Shown piece by piece: positions 36,550 to 45,109 of a stretch of 64,000 bases of DNA. Source of the DNA: Thermoplasmata archaeon (lineage in GTDB: Archaea; Thermoplasmatota; E2; JACPAO01; JAHFTW01); NCBI GenBank assembly GCA_034667725.1, contig JAXDQS010000003.1:64001-128000 (forward strand). The letters are read 5' to 3'. The position numbers and the translations under genes are program-made. The stretch's first letter is position 1, and each line of letters begins with the position of its first letter. The notes below the pieces were generated by a model, which made no database searches, had not been told where the DNA came from, and saw only the letters and a list, made by a program, of their open reading frames with translations.

Positions 36550-37495
36550 AGGTCAGCACGACCACCAGGTCCTGGAAGTCGGCCGCCGAGCTTTGCAGGT
36601 CGTCCACGAACTCGAAGAGCAGGATCAGCTGGTTGGCGTCCAGCACCATCGTCTGCGTCTGGGTGTTGACGTAGGGCTGCATGAAGGCCTCCAGCGACTG
36701 CTGGTTGCCGAAGGCGGGCACGTTGGGCGCGGGGTCGCCGGCGGCCAGCACCTCGACGTGCGGCGTGAACACGATGGAGTCGTACTGCTCGAAGAAGTTC
36801 CCGCAGCTTGCCATCTGGGCGGTGCCGCGGATGCCCACGGCGGTGCCCGAGGCCACCAGGAACTGCGCCGTCTCGCCGCCGTCCACGGCAGCACCGCCGG
36901 CCATCGGCGACCAGCTGGCGCCGCCGTTCTGGCTCCAGGCGGCCGTGACCGGGATGGTCGGCCCGTTGGCGCCGCAGGTGATGGCGGCGCCGATGACCTC
37001 CACGTCGATGGTGCGGTCGCCCTGCACCACGAGGCGGGGCGTGCCGGCGCCGACCTTGAAGGCCGGCTCCTGGGAGCGCAGGGCCTCGATGGCGAACACG
37101 AACCGGGTCGGCGTGTAGACCTCGACGGCCACCTCGACGGCGGAGCCGACGTAGCACAGCGGGTCGTGGCCGGCGATGCAGATGCGCGTGCCGGGCCGCC
37201 ACTCGGTGGCGCCTCCCAATTGCGCCTGGAACGTGGACAGCGGCACGTCGACGCGGTTGCCGTCGATGGTCAGGCGCAGGAAGGTGCCTTCCACCGGGAT
37301 GGGCATCGGGCCGGTGGGCTGGACGCGGTAGCCGTCGCTGTTGAAGATGGCCTGCCCGCCGGAGCTCGTGGCGACCTCGTCGTCGGCGCCGAGGCGGCTC
37401 GACATGAGGAAGAACAGCGTGACCAAGGCGACCGTGATGCCGACCAGCAGGATGACGCCCACCGGCGTGACGGCGGCCTCGTCGTTGCGCCGCAT
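36542..37495 (-). CDS. Archaeal type IV pilin-like protein
   Basis: MRRNDEAAVTPVGVILLVGITVAL class III signal; C-terminal DFQDLVV (DUF4114-like); own CTTAAG box at 37521-37526. Confidence 0.75.
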   Translation of the reverse strand: MRRNDEAAVTPVGVILLVGITVALVTLFFLMSSRLGADDEVATSSGGQAIFNSDGYRVQPTGPMPIPVEGTFLRLTIDGNRVDVPLSTFQAQLGGATEWRPGTRICIAGHDPLCYVGSAVEVAVEVYTPTRFVFAIEALRSQEPAFKVGAGTPRLVVQGDRTIDVEVIGAAITCGANGPTIPVTAAWSQNGGASWSPMAGGAAVDGGETAQFLVASGTAVGIRGTAQMASCGNFFEQYDSIVFTPHVEVLAAGDPAPNVPAFGNQQSLEAFMQPYVNTQTQTMVLDANQLILLFEFVDDLQSSAADFQDLVVVLTFT

Positions 37496-37541
37496 GGGCC
37501 TGCTGCGGCCGCTTCCTCCCCTTAAGCTTGGCCGCATGGGT

Positions 37542-38981
37542 CTATCCGCTGGCCTGGAGCGCGATGTCCACGGTCGCCGCCACCAGCTCGAGCTGCACGT
37601 CCTTGGTCGTGTCCGCGGTGGCCGAGCAGGGCCCGAACAGCACCAGCGTCGCCGAGGTCGCGGTCGAGGAGACGGAATACTGGGCGCCGGGGGTCAGGAC
37701 GGTGCAGGGCGGCACGGGGGCCACCGGCGTCGCGCTCAGGCCGGCCAAGGCAAGGCGGTCTTGCCAGAACGCCACCCAGGCCTCGGGGTGGCTGGTGCTG
37801 ATGGTGAAGGTGAGGTCGGCGGCGGCCAGCTCGGTCCATTCGCGGCCGGTGGTGGGCGACGCCACCACGGTGGCGCTGCGGGAGCCGGTGACGGCCGCGG
37901 AGCCGCCGGCAAGCGCGGGGAACGACCAGCGCAACCGGGTCTGCCCCTCGGTGACGCCGAGGGCGAACTGGGGCGGGACCAGCATCGCCTCGCCGTCCGC
38001 CTGCTCCAGGAACACGCCGCCATACTCGAAGACGTAGGTCTGCGACGGCAGCTGCTGGTTGGCGATGCCGACGCTCAGCACGCCCGTGGGGATGAAGTTG
38101 GTGTAGGTCGACAGCGTCTGGCCGGCGCCGCCGGCGCGCACCGTGCCGAACGAGGTGAGCTGGTCGTAGACCACGGCCGCCTGGCCGCCGGTGGTGCCCT
38201 GCGAGAACGCGATGGTCAGCGGCGCGACGCCGACCGGGATGCCGGCCAGCGCCGTCGGGAACATCGTGCCCGGATCCATCAGGTCGACGTAGTAGTTCGC
38301 GGGGGCCGCGGCGCCGATGTAGGTGTCGCGGATGTGGATGGCCGACGAGGCGCACGCGGCCGCGGCGGGGACGGCGGCGGCGAACACCTGCAGCTCGACG
38401 CTCTTGGACACCAGCGTCGTGCCGGTGGCCACCAGCCGGGCCTGCGCCTGGCAGTGGCCGTTGGCGTCGGTGACGGTGAACGACAGCGTCTGCGTGCCGG
38501 TGGGCAGGCCGCCGGGCGACGGGATGCGCAGCCGCAGGTGCACGATGCCCTGGACGTTGGCGATGGCGGCGCCGGTCCAGCTCCAGTCCTCGTCGAGGGC
38601 GTAGAGCGGGTTGCCGCCGGAGCGCTGCAAGGCCACGGGCCGGGCCGTGCTGATGGTGAGCCCTGCATTGGTGGCCGTGGGCGTGAAGGTGACGGTGCCT
38701 GGGATGGGCTGGCGCCCGAACAGGCTGAACCCTTGCTCATGCACCAGCGAGACGGGCTGCGACACCGGCGACAGGGTCTGGTTGCCCACGACGCGGTCCA
38801 GGTCGGAGCGGATCTCGCTCACTTGGCGGGCGGCCAGGATGCTGGCGTCCTTCTCGCGCTGGCGGTCCCACACCGGGACGTAGTCCACCTCGATGGTGAC
38901 CAGCGTGATGACCAGCAGGCCGAACATCAGGATGGCGCCCACCACGGAGGAGACGCCCTCGTCGCCTTGGTCCGGCGTCAT
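37542..38981 (-). CDS. Archaeal type IV pilin-like protein
   Basis: MTPDQGDEG/VSSVVGAILMFGLL..YVPVW..QRE; YVFEYGGVFLEQ. Confidence 0.8.
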   Translation of the reverse strand: MTPDQGDEGVSSVVGAILMFGLLVITLVTIEVDYVPVWDRQREKDASILAARQVSEIRSDLDRVVGNQTLSPVSQPVSLVHEQGFSLFGRQPIPGTVTFTPTATNAGLTISTARPVALQRSGGNPLYALDEDWSWTGAAIANVQGIVHLRLRIPSPGGLPTGTQTLSFTVTDANGHCQAQARLVATGTTLVSKSVELQVFAAAVPAAAACASSAIHIRDTYIGAAAPANYYVDLMDPGTMFPTALAGIPVGVAPLTIAFSQGTTGGQAAVVYDQLTSFGTVRAGGAGQTLSTYTNFIPTGVLSVGIANQQLPSQTYVFEYGGVFLEQADGEAMLVPPQFALGVTEGQTRLRWSFPALAGGSAAVTGSRSATVVASPTTGREWTELAAADLTFTISTSHPEAWVAFWQDRLALAGLSATPVAPVPPCTVLTPGAQYSVSSTATSATLVLFGPCSATADTTKDVQLELVAATVDIALQASG

Positions 38982-40774
38982 GGGGCGCTCACCACCCGCA
39001 CGAAGTCGAGCCCCAGGCTTGTCTGGAGGGTGTCGGCGCCGGCGTCGACGAGGCGGATGCGCACGTCGCGGGTGCCGACGGCGACCTCCGTGGCCGCCAG
39101 GAACACCGAGACGGTGCCCGCGCCCGACAGCGTGGCGCGGCCGGTGTTGTAGGAGTTGCCGGTCCAGTCCCAGACGCGCACGTCGAACGCCTCGTTGGCG
39201 CCCGAATACTCGAGCTGCAGGTAATAGGTGCCGCCGACCGAGAGCGGGACGACGCCGGCCCAGTCGAACTGCTGGGTGGCGGTGAAGGCGCTGGAGCCGA
39301 CCTCGACCCAGACGCGGTCGACGCGCCAGCTGCTGGTGCCGCCGTTGTTGTCCTTGCTGCCCACCTGGGCAGGCAGCACCATGACCTCCAGGTTGGAGAG
39401 CGTGGTGGCGTCCCAGGCGCTGACGCCCGGCGGGAACTGGGCGGTGATGTCGAAGGTGAGCTGCACGTCGTTGGGGTTCGACTGGGCGGCGACGACGCCC
39501 GAGGCCGTCGGGGTGGCGGGGAACGCGGTGCCGCAGGTGCCTGGGTTGATGTTGCACACCTGGAGCTGCCAGCCGTCGTTGCTGTAGCGCACGATGGACT
39601 GCTCCAGCTGGACCTGGACCTGGGTGACGGGGCCGATGGAGACGACGTTGCTGAACTGCACGCGCAGCCCGCCCAGGTTGGTGGTGGTCGAGTCACGGGT
39701 GTTGTCCGAGGCCTGGATGGCGGCCAGCACGGTGCCGGACGAGGCGGTCCAGCCGGTGGTGAGCGGCACGCCGTCAGGGTTGAGCGTCACCAGGGCCGCC
39801 GCCGAGGCGCCCTCGACCACGTTGGCCAGCGCGCCGTCGTCGGCGTTGACGTTGGCCGGGCTGGTGATGGTGGTGGGCGCCACCGCGGTCTGGCCGTTGG
39901 GCGGCGTCACGGCGCCGAGGATGTCGATGAAGTCGGTGCGCACCGGCGTGCTGCCGACGTTGCCGCCCCGGTCCGTCACGCCCGCGGCGTAGTATTGCAG
40001 CGTCTGGCCGCCCTTGGCCGCCCAGCCGCCCCCGCCCGGCGCCGGGATGCTGCCGGTCCACCGGGTGGTGAGGCCGGCCGCGGGCGCCATCGCGCCCAGG
40101 TCAGCCAAGGCCGCCGGGGTCACGGAGGCCCACAGGTGAGGCGCCGGGACCGCCGAGAACGGGGCCTGCATCGCGTCGACGCCGGCGCAGTCGTCGGTGA
40201 GGTCCATCGTGACCGTCACCGCGCCGCTGGCGCCGCTGCCGATGGTGAGGTCGACCGGCGCCTGGGTCCAGGCCGCCGTCGGGGGCGAGGTGTCGAACGG
40301 GCAGGCGGCGCCCGCCGTGACGGCGCCCGGCACGACGGCGGCCGTGGCCAGGAGCGTGGAGGCGCCCTCGGTGTTGACGACGTTGATGGCGACGCGGTCG
40401 GTCGACTGGAGCGGGACGGTGCGGGTCCAGCGTTCGCCGACGCTGAGCCGGCCGCCGGAGAAGCCGAGCGCCGCGCCCGTGATGCCGACCGGGGCGCCGC
40501 CGTTGAGGCTGTAGGAGACGATGGTGGTGTCCTGGGCCAGCGGGTCGCCGCCGAGGTGGGTCACGACCAACTGCTCGTCGCCGGTGCCCCACGCCTGGTT
40601 GCCAGGGCTCACCGACACGGCGAGGTTGCTCTGCGGGGTGGCCTGCGGCGGGGGGAGCGCGAACAGCAGCCCGGCCATCGCCACCGCCAGCAGGACCGTG
40701 ATGCCGACCAGCAAGGCAGACCCGACCACGTCGGAGACTGCCTCGTCGTCGTTCAGGTGCGGCAGCCTTTCCAT
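38978..40774 (-). CDS. Large archaeal type IV pilin (Pilin_N/DUF1628-like) with adhesin-like extension
   Basis: NDDEA/VSDVVGSALLVGITVLLA, VTHLGGDPL, LSVGERW; Thr/Gly/Ser-rich beta domains. Confidence 0.82.
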   Translation of the reverse strand: MERLPHLNDDEAVSDVVGSALLVGITVLLAVAMAGLLFALPPPQATPQSNLAVSVSPGNQAWGTGDEQLVVTHLGGDPLAQDTTIVSYSLNGGAPVGITGAALGFSGGRLSVGERWTRTVPLQSTDRVAINVVNTEGASTLLATAAVVPGAVTAGAACPFDTSPPTAAWTQAPVDLTIGSGASGAVTVTMDLTDDCAGVDAMQAPFSAVPAPHLWASVTPAALADLGAMAPAAGLTTRWTGSIPAPGGGGWAAKGGQTLQYYAAGVTDRGGNVGSTPVRTDFIDILGAVTPPNGQTAVAPTTITSPANVNADDGALANVVEGASAAALVTLNPDGVPLTTGWTASSGTVLAAIQASDNTRDSTTTNLGGLRVQFSNVVSIGPVTQVQVQLEQSIVRYSNDGWQLQVCNINPGTCGTAFPATPTASGVVAAQSNPNDVQLTFDITAQFPPGVSAWDATTLSNLEVMVLPAQVGSKDNNGGTSSWRVDRVWVEVGSSAFTATQQFDWAGVVPLSVGGTYYLQLEYSGANEAFDVRVWDWTGNSYNTGRATLSGAGTVSVFLAATEVAVGTRDVRIRLVDAGADTLQTSLGLDFVRVVSAP

Positions 40775-40886
40775 CCGGGGGTTTGTAGGAAAACGGGGTT
40801 GATACCGCTTTGGGAAAGAGCCTGGGAGAGCGTCCCGGCCGATGAGCCAACCTTTTGAGGGTCGCGCGGGCTTGGGGAGCGCAAGG

Positions 40887-42722
40887 ATGACCGTCCCGCC
40901 TGCCTCCCAGGACGACCGCCTCCGCAAGGCGCTGCGGACCCCGACGGGCCACGGCGAGGACGACGAGGCCAAGCCCAAGCCCGAACGCAAGGCCAAGCCC
41001 GGGGCCCACCCGGTGGCCGCCCAAGGAAACGGCGCCAGCCGGGCCGTGGCCACCCCGCACGTCATCAAGGACCGCCAGCCGCTGCCCGAGGCGCGGCCGC
41101 CCCCCGTGCCCGTCGTCGCGCCCAGCAAGGCCGGGCCCCGCAAGGCCGCCCCGGCCGGCGCGGGGGCGCGCGTCGTCGCGGCCGGCGACGCGCGGCCGGA
41201 GGGCGCGGTCGTGCCGCCCGACCTGTCGTCCGGGATGCGCGAGGTCGAGCGCACCCCCATCATCCCCGACAAGGCCTGGGTCCGCATCGTGTTCAACGAG
41301 AGCGAGCGCACCTACTCCTACGAGGTCACAGAGCCGACGCTGTCGGAGGACGAGCGCACCATCCTCAAGTTCCTGCGCGACACGCTGCTGCGCACCCTGG
41401 ACGGCCGCTACGCCAACCGGCCGGAGGCCGAATGGTCGGACATCCTGCTGGAGGCGACGCGCGACGCCATCCACAAGCACCAGGTCCGCCTCGACGACGC
41501 CGGCCGCGAGCGGGTCGAGTACCACCTCATCCGCGACTTCCTCGGCTACGGCCCCATCGACGTGCTGATGCGCGACGCCATGATCGAGGACATCTCCTGC
41601 GACGGCCCGGGCATCCCGATCTACCTGTTCCACCGCAAGTACGAGTCGCTGCGGACCAACGTGCAGTTCGACGACGAGCTGCAGCTCGACGCCTTCGTCA
41701 TCCGCCTGGCCCAGCGCTCCGGCAAGCACATCAGCGTCGCCGACCCCTTGCTGGACGCCACCCTGCCCGACGGCTCCCGCCTCCAGGCCACCCTGAGCCG
41801 CGAGGTCACCACCCGCGGCAGCTCGTTCACCGTCCGCAAGTTCCGCGCCGACCCGCTGACCCCGCCCGACCTCATCCGCCTGGGCACCTTCGACGCCCGC
41901 ATGGCGGCCTGGTTCTGGTTCGTCATGGAACTGGGCGCGAGCTTCGTCCTGGCCGGCGGCACCGCCTCCGGCAAGACCACCAGCCTGAACGCCATCTCGC
42001 AGTTCATCCCGCCCGAGAAGAAGATCGTCAGCATCGAGGACACCCGCGAGATCAACCTCAGCCACGAGAACTGGATCGCGGGCATCACCCGCACCGGCTT
42101 CGGCGGCGAGATCGTCGGCGGCAAGGTCGCCGGCACCATCGACATGTACAAGCTGTTGGAGGCCGCCCTCCGCCAGCGCCCGGAATACCTGCTGGTGGGC
42201 GAAGTGCGCGGCCCCGAGGCGCTGACCCTGTTCCAGGCCATGGCCACCGGCCACGCCGTCTACTCGACGATGCACGCCGACTCGGTCCAGTCCGCCGTCT
42301 ACCGCCTCGAGAACCCGCCCATCAACGTCCCGCGCATGATGCTCCAGACCCTGGACATCGTCGCCATCCAGGCCCAGGTCCGCATCGGCGAGCGCATGAC
42401 CCGCCGCATCAAGGAGGTCACCGAGATCGCCGGCTTCGACCCCGACTCGCGCGAACTCCTGACCAACACGGTCTTCGTGTGGGACTTCGCCACCGACCAG
42501 CACCGCTACCTCGGCAAGTCCACCCTGCTGGAGCAGGTCATGGAGGCCCGCAACATCCCGGAGGACCAGATCATGAAGGAGTGGTCCGACCGCACCGAAG
42601 TGCTCCAGTGGATGGTGCAGCAAGGGATGCGGCACTACGCCGACGTCGCCCGCGTCGTCAGCGCCTACTACCGCGACCCGAAGGGGATCATGGCCAAGAT
42701 TCGGGCAGGTGCTTCGTCCTGA
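40887..42722 (+). CDS. pilB: Type IV pilus / type II-IV secretion ATPase (PilB/ArlI-like)
   Basis: IEDISCDG, Walker A GGTASGKTT, IEDTRE, LRQRPEYLLVGEVRG and STMHA. Confidence 0.93.
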   Translation: MTVPPASQDDRLRKALRTPTGHGEDDEAKPKPERKAKPGAHPVAAQGNGASRAVATPHVIKDRQPLPEARPPPVPVVAPSKAGPRKAAPAGAGARVVAAGDARPEGAVVPPDLSSGMREVERTPIIPDKAWVRIVFNESERTYSYEVTEPTLSEDERTILKFLRDTLLRTLDGRYANRPEAEWSDILLEATRDAIHKHQVRLDDAGRERVEYHLIRDFLGYGPIDVLMRDAMIEDISCDGPGIPIYLFHRKYESLRTNVQFDDELQLDAFVIRLAQRSGKHISVADPLLDATLPDGSRLQATLSREVTTRGSSFTVRKFRADPLTPPDLIRLGTFDARMAAWFWFVMELGASFVLAGGTASGKTTSLNAISQFIPPEKKIVSIEDTREINLSHENWIAGITRTGFGGEIVGGKVAGTIDMYKLLEAALRQRPEYLLVGEVRGPEALTLFQAMATGHAVYSTMHADSVQSAVYRLENPPINVPRMMLQTLDIVAIQAQVRIGERMTRRIKEVTEIAGFDPDSRELLTNTVFVWDFATDQHRYLGKSTLLEQVMEARNIPEDQIMKEWSDRTEVLQWMVQQGMRHYADVARVVSAYYRDPKGIMAKIRAGASS

Positions 42723-43594
42723 GCGTCCAGTCGTTCGCCAACCGGCTCTACGGCCCGCTGGCCCGCCAGCGCGTCCAGCGCAACATCCGCCTTTCCGAGG
42801 TGCTGCAGCGCGCGCACATCCCCGTGCGCCCGGAGACCTTCCTCGCCTCCGCCTACCTCATCGCCACCGTCGCCGGCATCGTCGCCTTCCTCCCCGTCCT
42901 CCTCCTGATCCTGGCGGCCTTCGCCGGCGCCATCCCCATCGAGCCGGCCTACACCGTGTTCCTGGTGCCGGCGCCGGTCATCGTCGCCGCCCTCGCCTAC
43001 ATGCTGGCCGTGCTGCTGCCCGAGCTGCGCGCCCTCAACCGCCGCCGCGACATCGAGGCCAAGCTCCCGTACGCCCTGAACTACATCGCCACCATGGCCT
43101 CCGCCGGCGCCACCCCCGACGCGCTGTTCGCCGGCCTGTCCCGCCAGCCCCTCTACGGCGAGGTCGCCGAGGAGTGCGCCTGGATCACCCGCGACCTGCG
43201 CCTGCTGGGCATGGACGTCATCGGCGCCCTCCAACGCGGCATCGAGCGCAGCCCCAGCCCCAAGTTCCAAGACTTCCTGCAAGGCGCCATCACCGCCCTC
43301 AGCTCCGGCGGCGACCTCAAGGTCTACTTCACCGGCAAGGCCGAGCAGTACCTCCTCGAGAACCGCCAGGAGCAGCGCAAGTTCCTCGAAGGCCTCGGCG
43401 TCCTTGCCGAGTCGTTCGTCACCGTCGTCGTGGCCGCCCCCCTGTTCATCATCGTCATCCTGTCCGTCATGACCAGCTTCGGCGGCAGCGCCTCCGAGAC
43501 CCTCCTCATCGGCTACATCCTCGTGTTCTTCCTCATCCCGCTCGCCCAGGCCGGCTTCGCCTGGACGGTCCAGGTCATGACCCCGGAGGCATGA
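42719..43594 (+). CDS. pilC: Type II secretion system F family membrane protein (PilC/TadB-like); start uncertain (CTG 42719 or GTG 42800)
   Basis: RRRDIEAKLPYALNYIATMASAG, LYGEVA, SPSPKFQDFL and LAESFVT. Confidence 0.85.
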   Translation: MSVQSFANRLYGPLARQRVQRNIRLSEVLQRAHIPVRPETFLASAYLIATVAGIVAFLPVLLLILAAFAGAIPIEPAYTVFLVPAPVIVAALAYMLAVLLPELRALNRRRDIEAKLPYALNYIATMASAGATPDALFAGLSRQPLYGEVAEECAWITRDLRLLGMDVIGALQRGIERSPSPKFQDFLQGAITALSSGGDLKVYFTGKAEQYLLENRQEQRKFLEGLGVLAESFVTVVVAAPLFIIVILSVMTSFGGSASETLLIGYILVFFLIPLAQAGFAWTVQVMTPEA

Positions 43595-43595
43595 G

Positions 43596-44837
43596 ATGGA
43601 GCAGGAGCAGCCCAATCCGCCCCCCCGCAAGGAGTTCATCGGCGACAACCCCAGCGAGCGCACCGCCTCCTCGCTGCCGACCATCCACGGCATGTCCTCC
43701 GTCGAGTCGCCCAGCCCGCCGCAGCGCCCCGGCTCGCTCCGCCTCCGCCTCATCCTGCTCGGCGGCCTCGCCAGCATCGGCGCCGCCCTCGCCCTCGGCA
43801 CCGTGTTCGCCAACGCCGGCGCCGCCCTCCAAAGCCCCCTCGTCCTCGGCCTCCTGCTGCTGCTGTTCGCCACCGCCGTCGCCGGCATGGTGGTCGCCAC
43901 CCGCCTGTCCCAGACCCCCAAGGGCCAGAAGATCCTCTACAAGGTCCCCATCAACGCCAAGCGCCGGTTCGAGCGCGGCCTGGTCCTGGTCTCGGTCATC
44001 CTCGCCGCCGTCCTCGCCCTCCCCGTCGTCGCGTTCTTCCTCGGCGTCCCCACCGGCCTCCCCGGCACCGCCTGGATCCACTTCGCCTGCGCCTCCCTCC
44101 TCGCCGCCATGGCGCCCTACGGCTTCTACCGCGCCCGCGAAGAACGCCGCATCCACCGCATGGAAGCCCGGTTCCCCGACTTCCTGCGCGACATCGCCAG
44201 CTCCCACAAAGGCGGCCTCACCCTGGCCGAATCCGTCCGCGTCGCCGCCCGCGGCGAATACGGCCCCCTCACCCCCGAAGTCCGCCGCATGGCCGACCAG
44301 ATCACCTGGAACCTCGCCTTCACCGAAGCGCTCCAGATGTTCGCCGACCGCGTCGACACCCCCCTCGTCCGCCGCGCCGTCGCCCTCATCCTGCAAGCCG
44401 ACAAGTCCGGCGGCGCCACCACCGACGTCCTGCTGGCCGCCGCCCGCGACGCCCGCGAGATCAAGACCCTCCAGAACGAGCGCCGCCTCAGCATGAGCCT
44501 GTACGCCGCCGTCATCTACGTGACGTTCTTCGTGTTCCTCGGCGTCGCGGCGGTGCTCTACTCCCAGTTCATCCCGCAGCTTGTCGCCAGCCAGAACGCC
44601 GCCGCCGCGCAGGCCGCCGCCACCGGCGTTGGCGGGCCTGGCGGTGTCAGCGGGGTTGGCGGCGCGACGCTCAGGATCGAGGACTTCCAGCTGTTCTACT
44701 TCATGGCCGCCATCATGCAAGGCATCGGCGACGGCATCGTGGCCGGCATGATGGGCCAAGGGCGGGCTGTGTTGGGGCTGCGGCACTCGTGCATCATGGT
44801 GTTCATCGCGTACGTGACGTTCGTGTTCCTGCTGTGA
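43596..44837 (+). CDS. pilC: Type II secretion system F family membrane protein (PilC/TadC-like)
   Basis: EARFPDFLRDIA..GLTL, YGPLTPEV, SGG, ERR...Y and GLRH. Confidence 0.88.
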   Translation: MEQEQPNPPPRKEFIGDNPSERTASSLPTIHGMSSVESPSPPQRPGSLRLRLILLGGLASIGAALALGTVFANAGAALQSPLVLGLLLLLFATAVAGMVVATRLSQTPKGQKILYKVPINAKRRFERGLVLVSVILAAVLALPVVAFFLGVPTGLPGTAWIHFACASLLAAMAPYGFYRAREERRIHRMEARFPDFLRDIASSHKGGLTLAESVRVAARGEYGPLTPEVRRMADQITWNLAFTEALQMFADRVDTPLVRRAVALILQADKSGGATTDVLLAAARDAREIKTLQNERRLSMSLYAAVIYVTFFVFLGVAAVLYSQFIPQLVASQNAAAAQAAATGVGGPGGVSGVGGATLRIEDFQLFYFMAAIMQGIGDGIVAGMMGQGRAVLGLRHSCIMVFIAYVTFVFLL

Positions 44838-44845
44838 GCCGCGCG

Positions 44846-45094
44846 ACGAGCACCGATTCACTCAGATTCAGAAGATTCACACAGAAGTCTGTGGAATCTG
44901 GGTCCAGTCGGCGGCGCCCGACGGGCACTGATTCTCCCAGATTCGGAAAATTCCCGCAGGCCATCTGTGGAATTTTGGCTAGGCCCCGCCAGAACCAAAG
45001 CAAGGTCTGTGGAATCTGTGTGCGTCGGGAACCGAACGGGCACTGATTCACCCAGATTCGGAAGATTCACACAGAATTCTGAATCTGTGTCCAG
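44846..45094. repeat. Cluster of three ~60-bp palindromic REP-like repeats plus an orphan arm
   Basis: Copies start at 44846, 44921 and 45036 (ACGRGCACYGATTCWCYCAGATTCRGAARATTCMCRCAG, then a TCTG..GAAT arm). Copy 1 vs 3 is 37/41; copy 2 vs 3 is 35/39. Confidence 0.85.
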
Positions 45095-45109
45095 GCGACC
45101 GGGTGGTGG

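Noticed and set aside
36542-44837. Archaellum operon
   Set aside because: No archaellin-like sequence and no arlF/G/H; two PilC-type genes and Pilin_N-type pilins fit a pilus instead.
44789-45070. Small ORFs across the repeat cluster (TDSPRFG repeats)
   Set aside because: The peptide repeats simply mirror the DNA repeat; there is no coding bias or credible start.
44846-45094. CRISPR array
   Set aside because: The repeats are ~60 bp, degenerate and irregularly spaced (75 and 115 bp start to start), with no uniform unique spacers and no cas genes.
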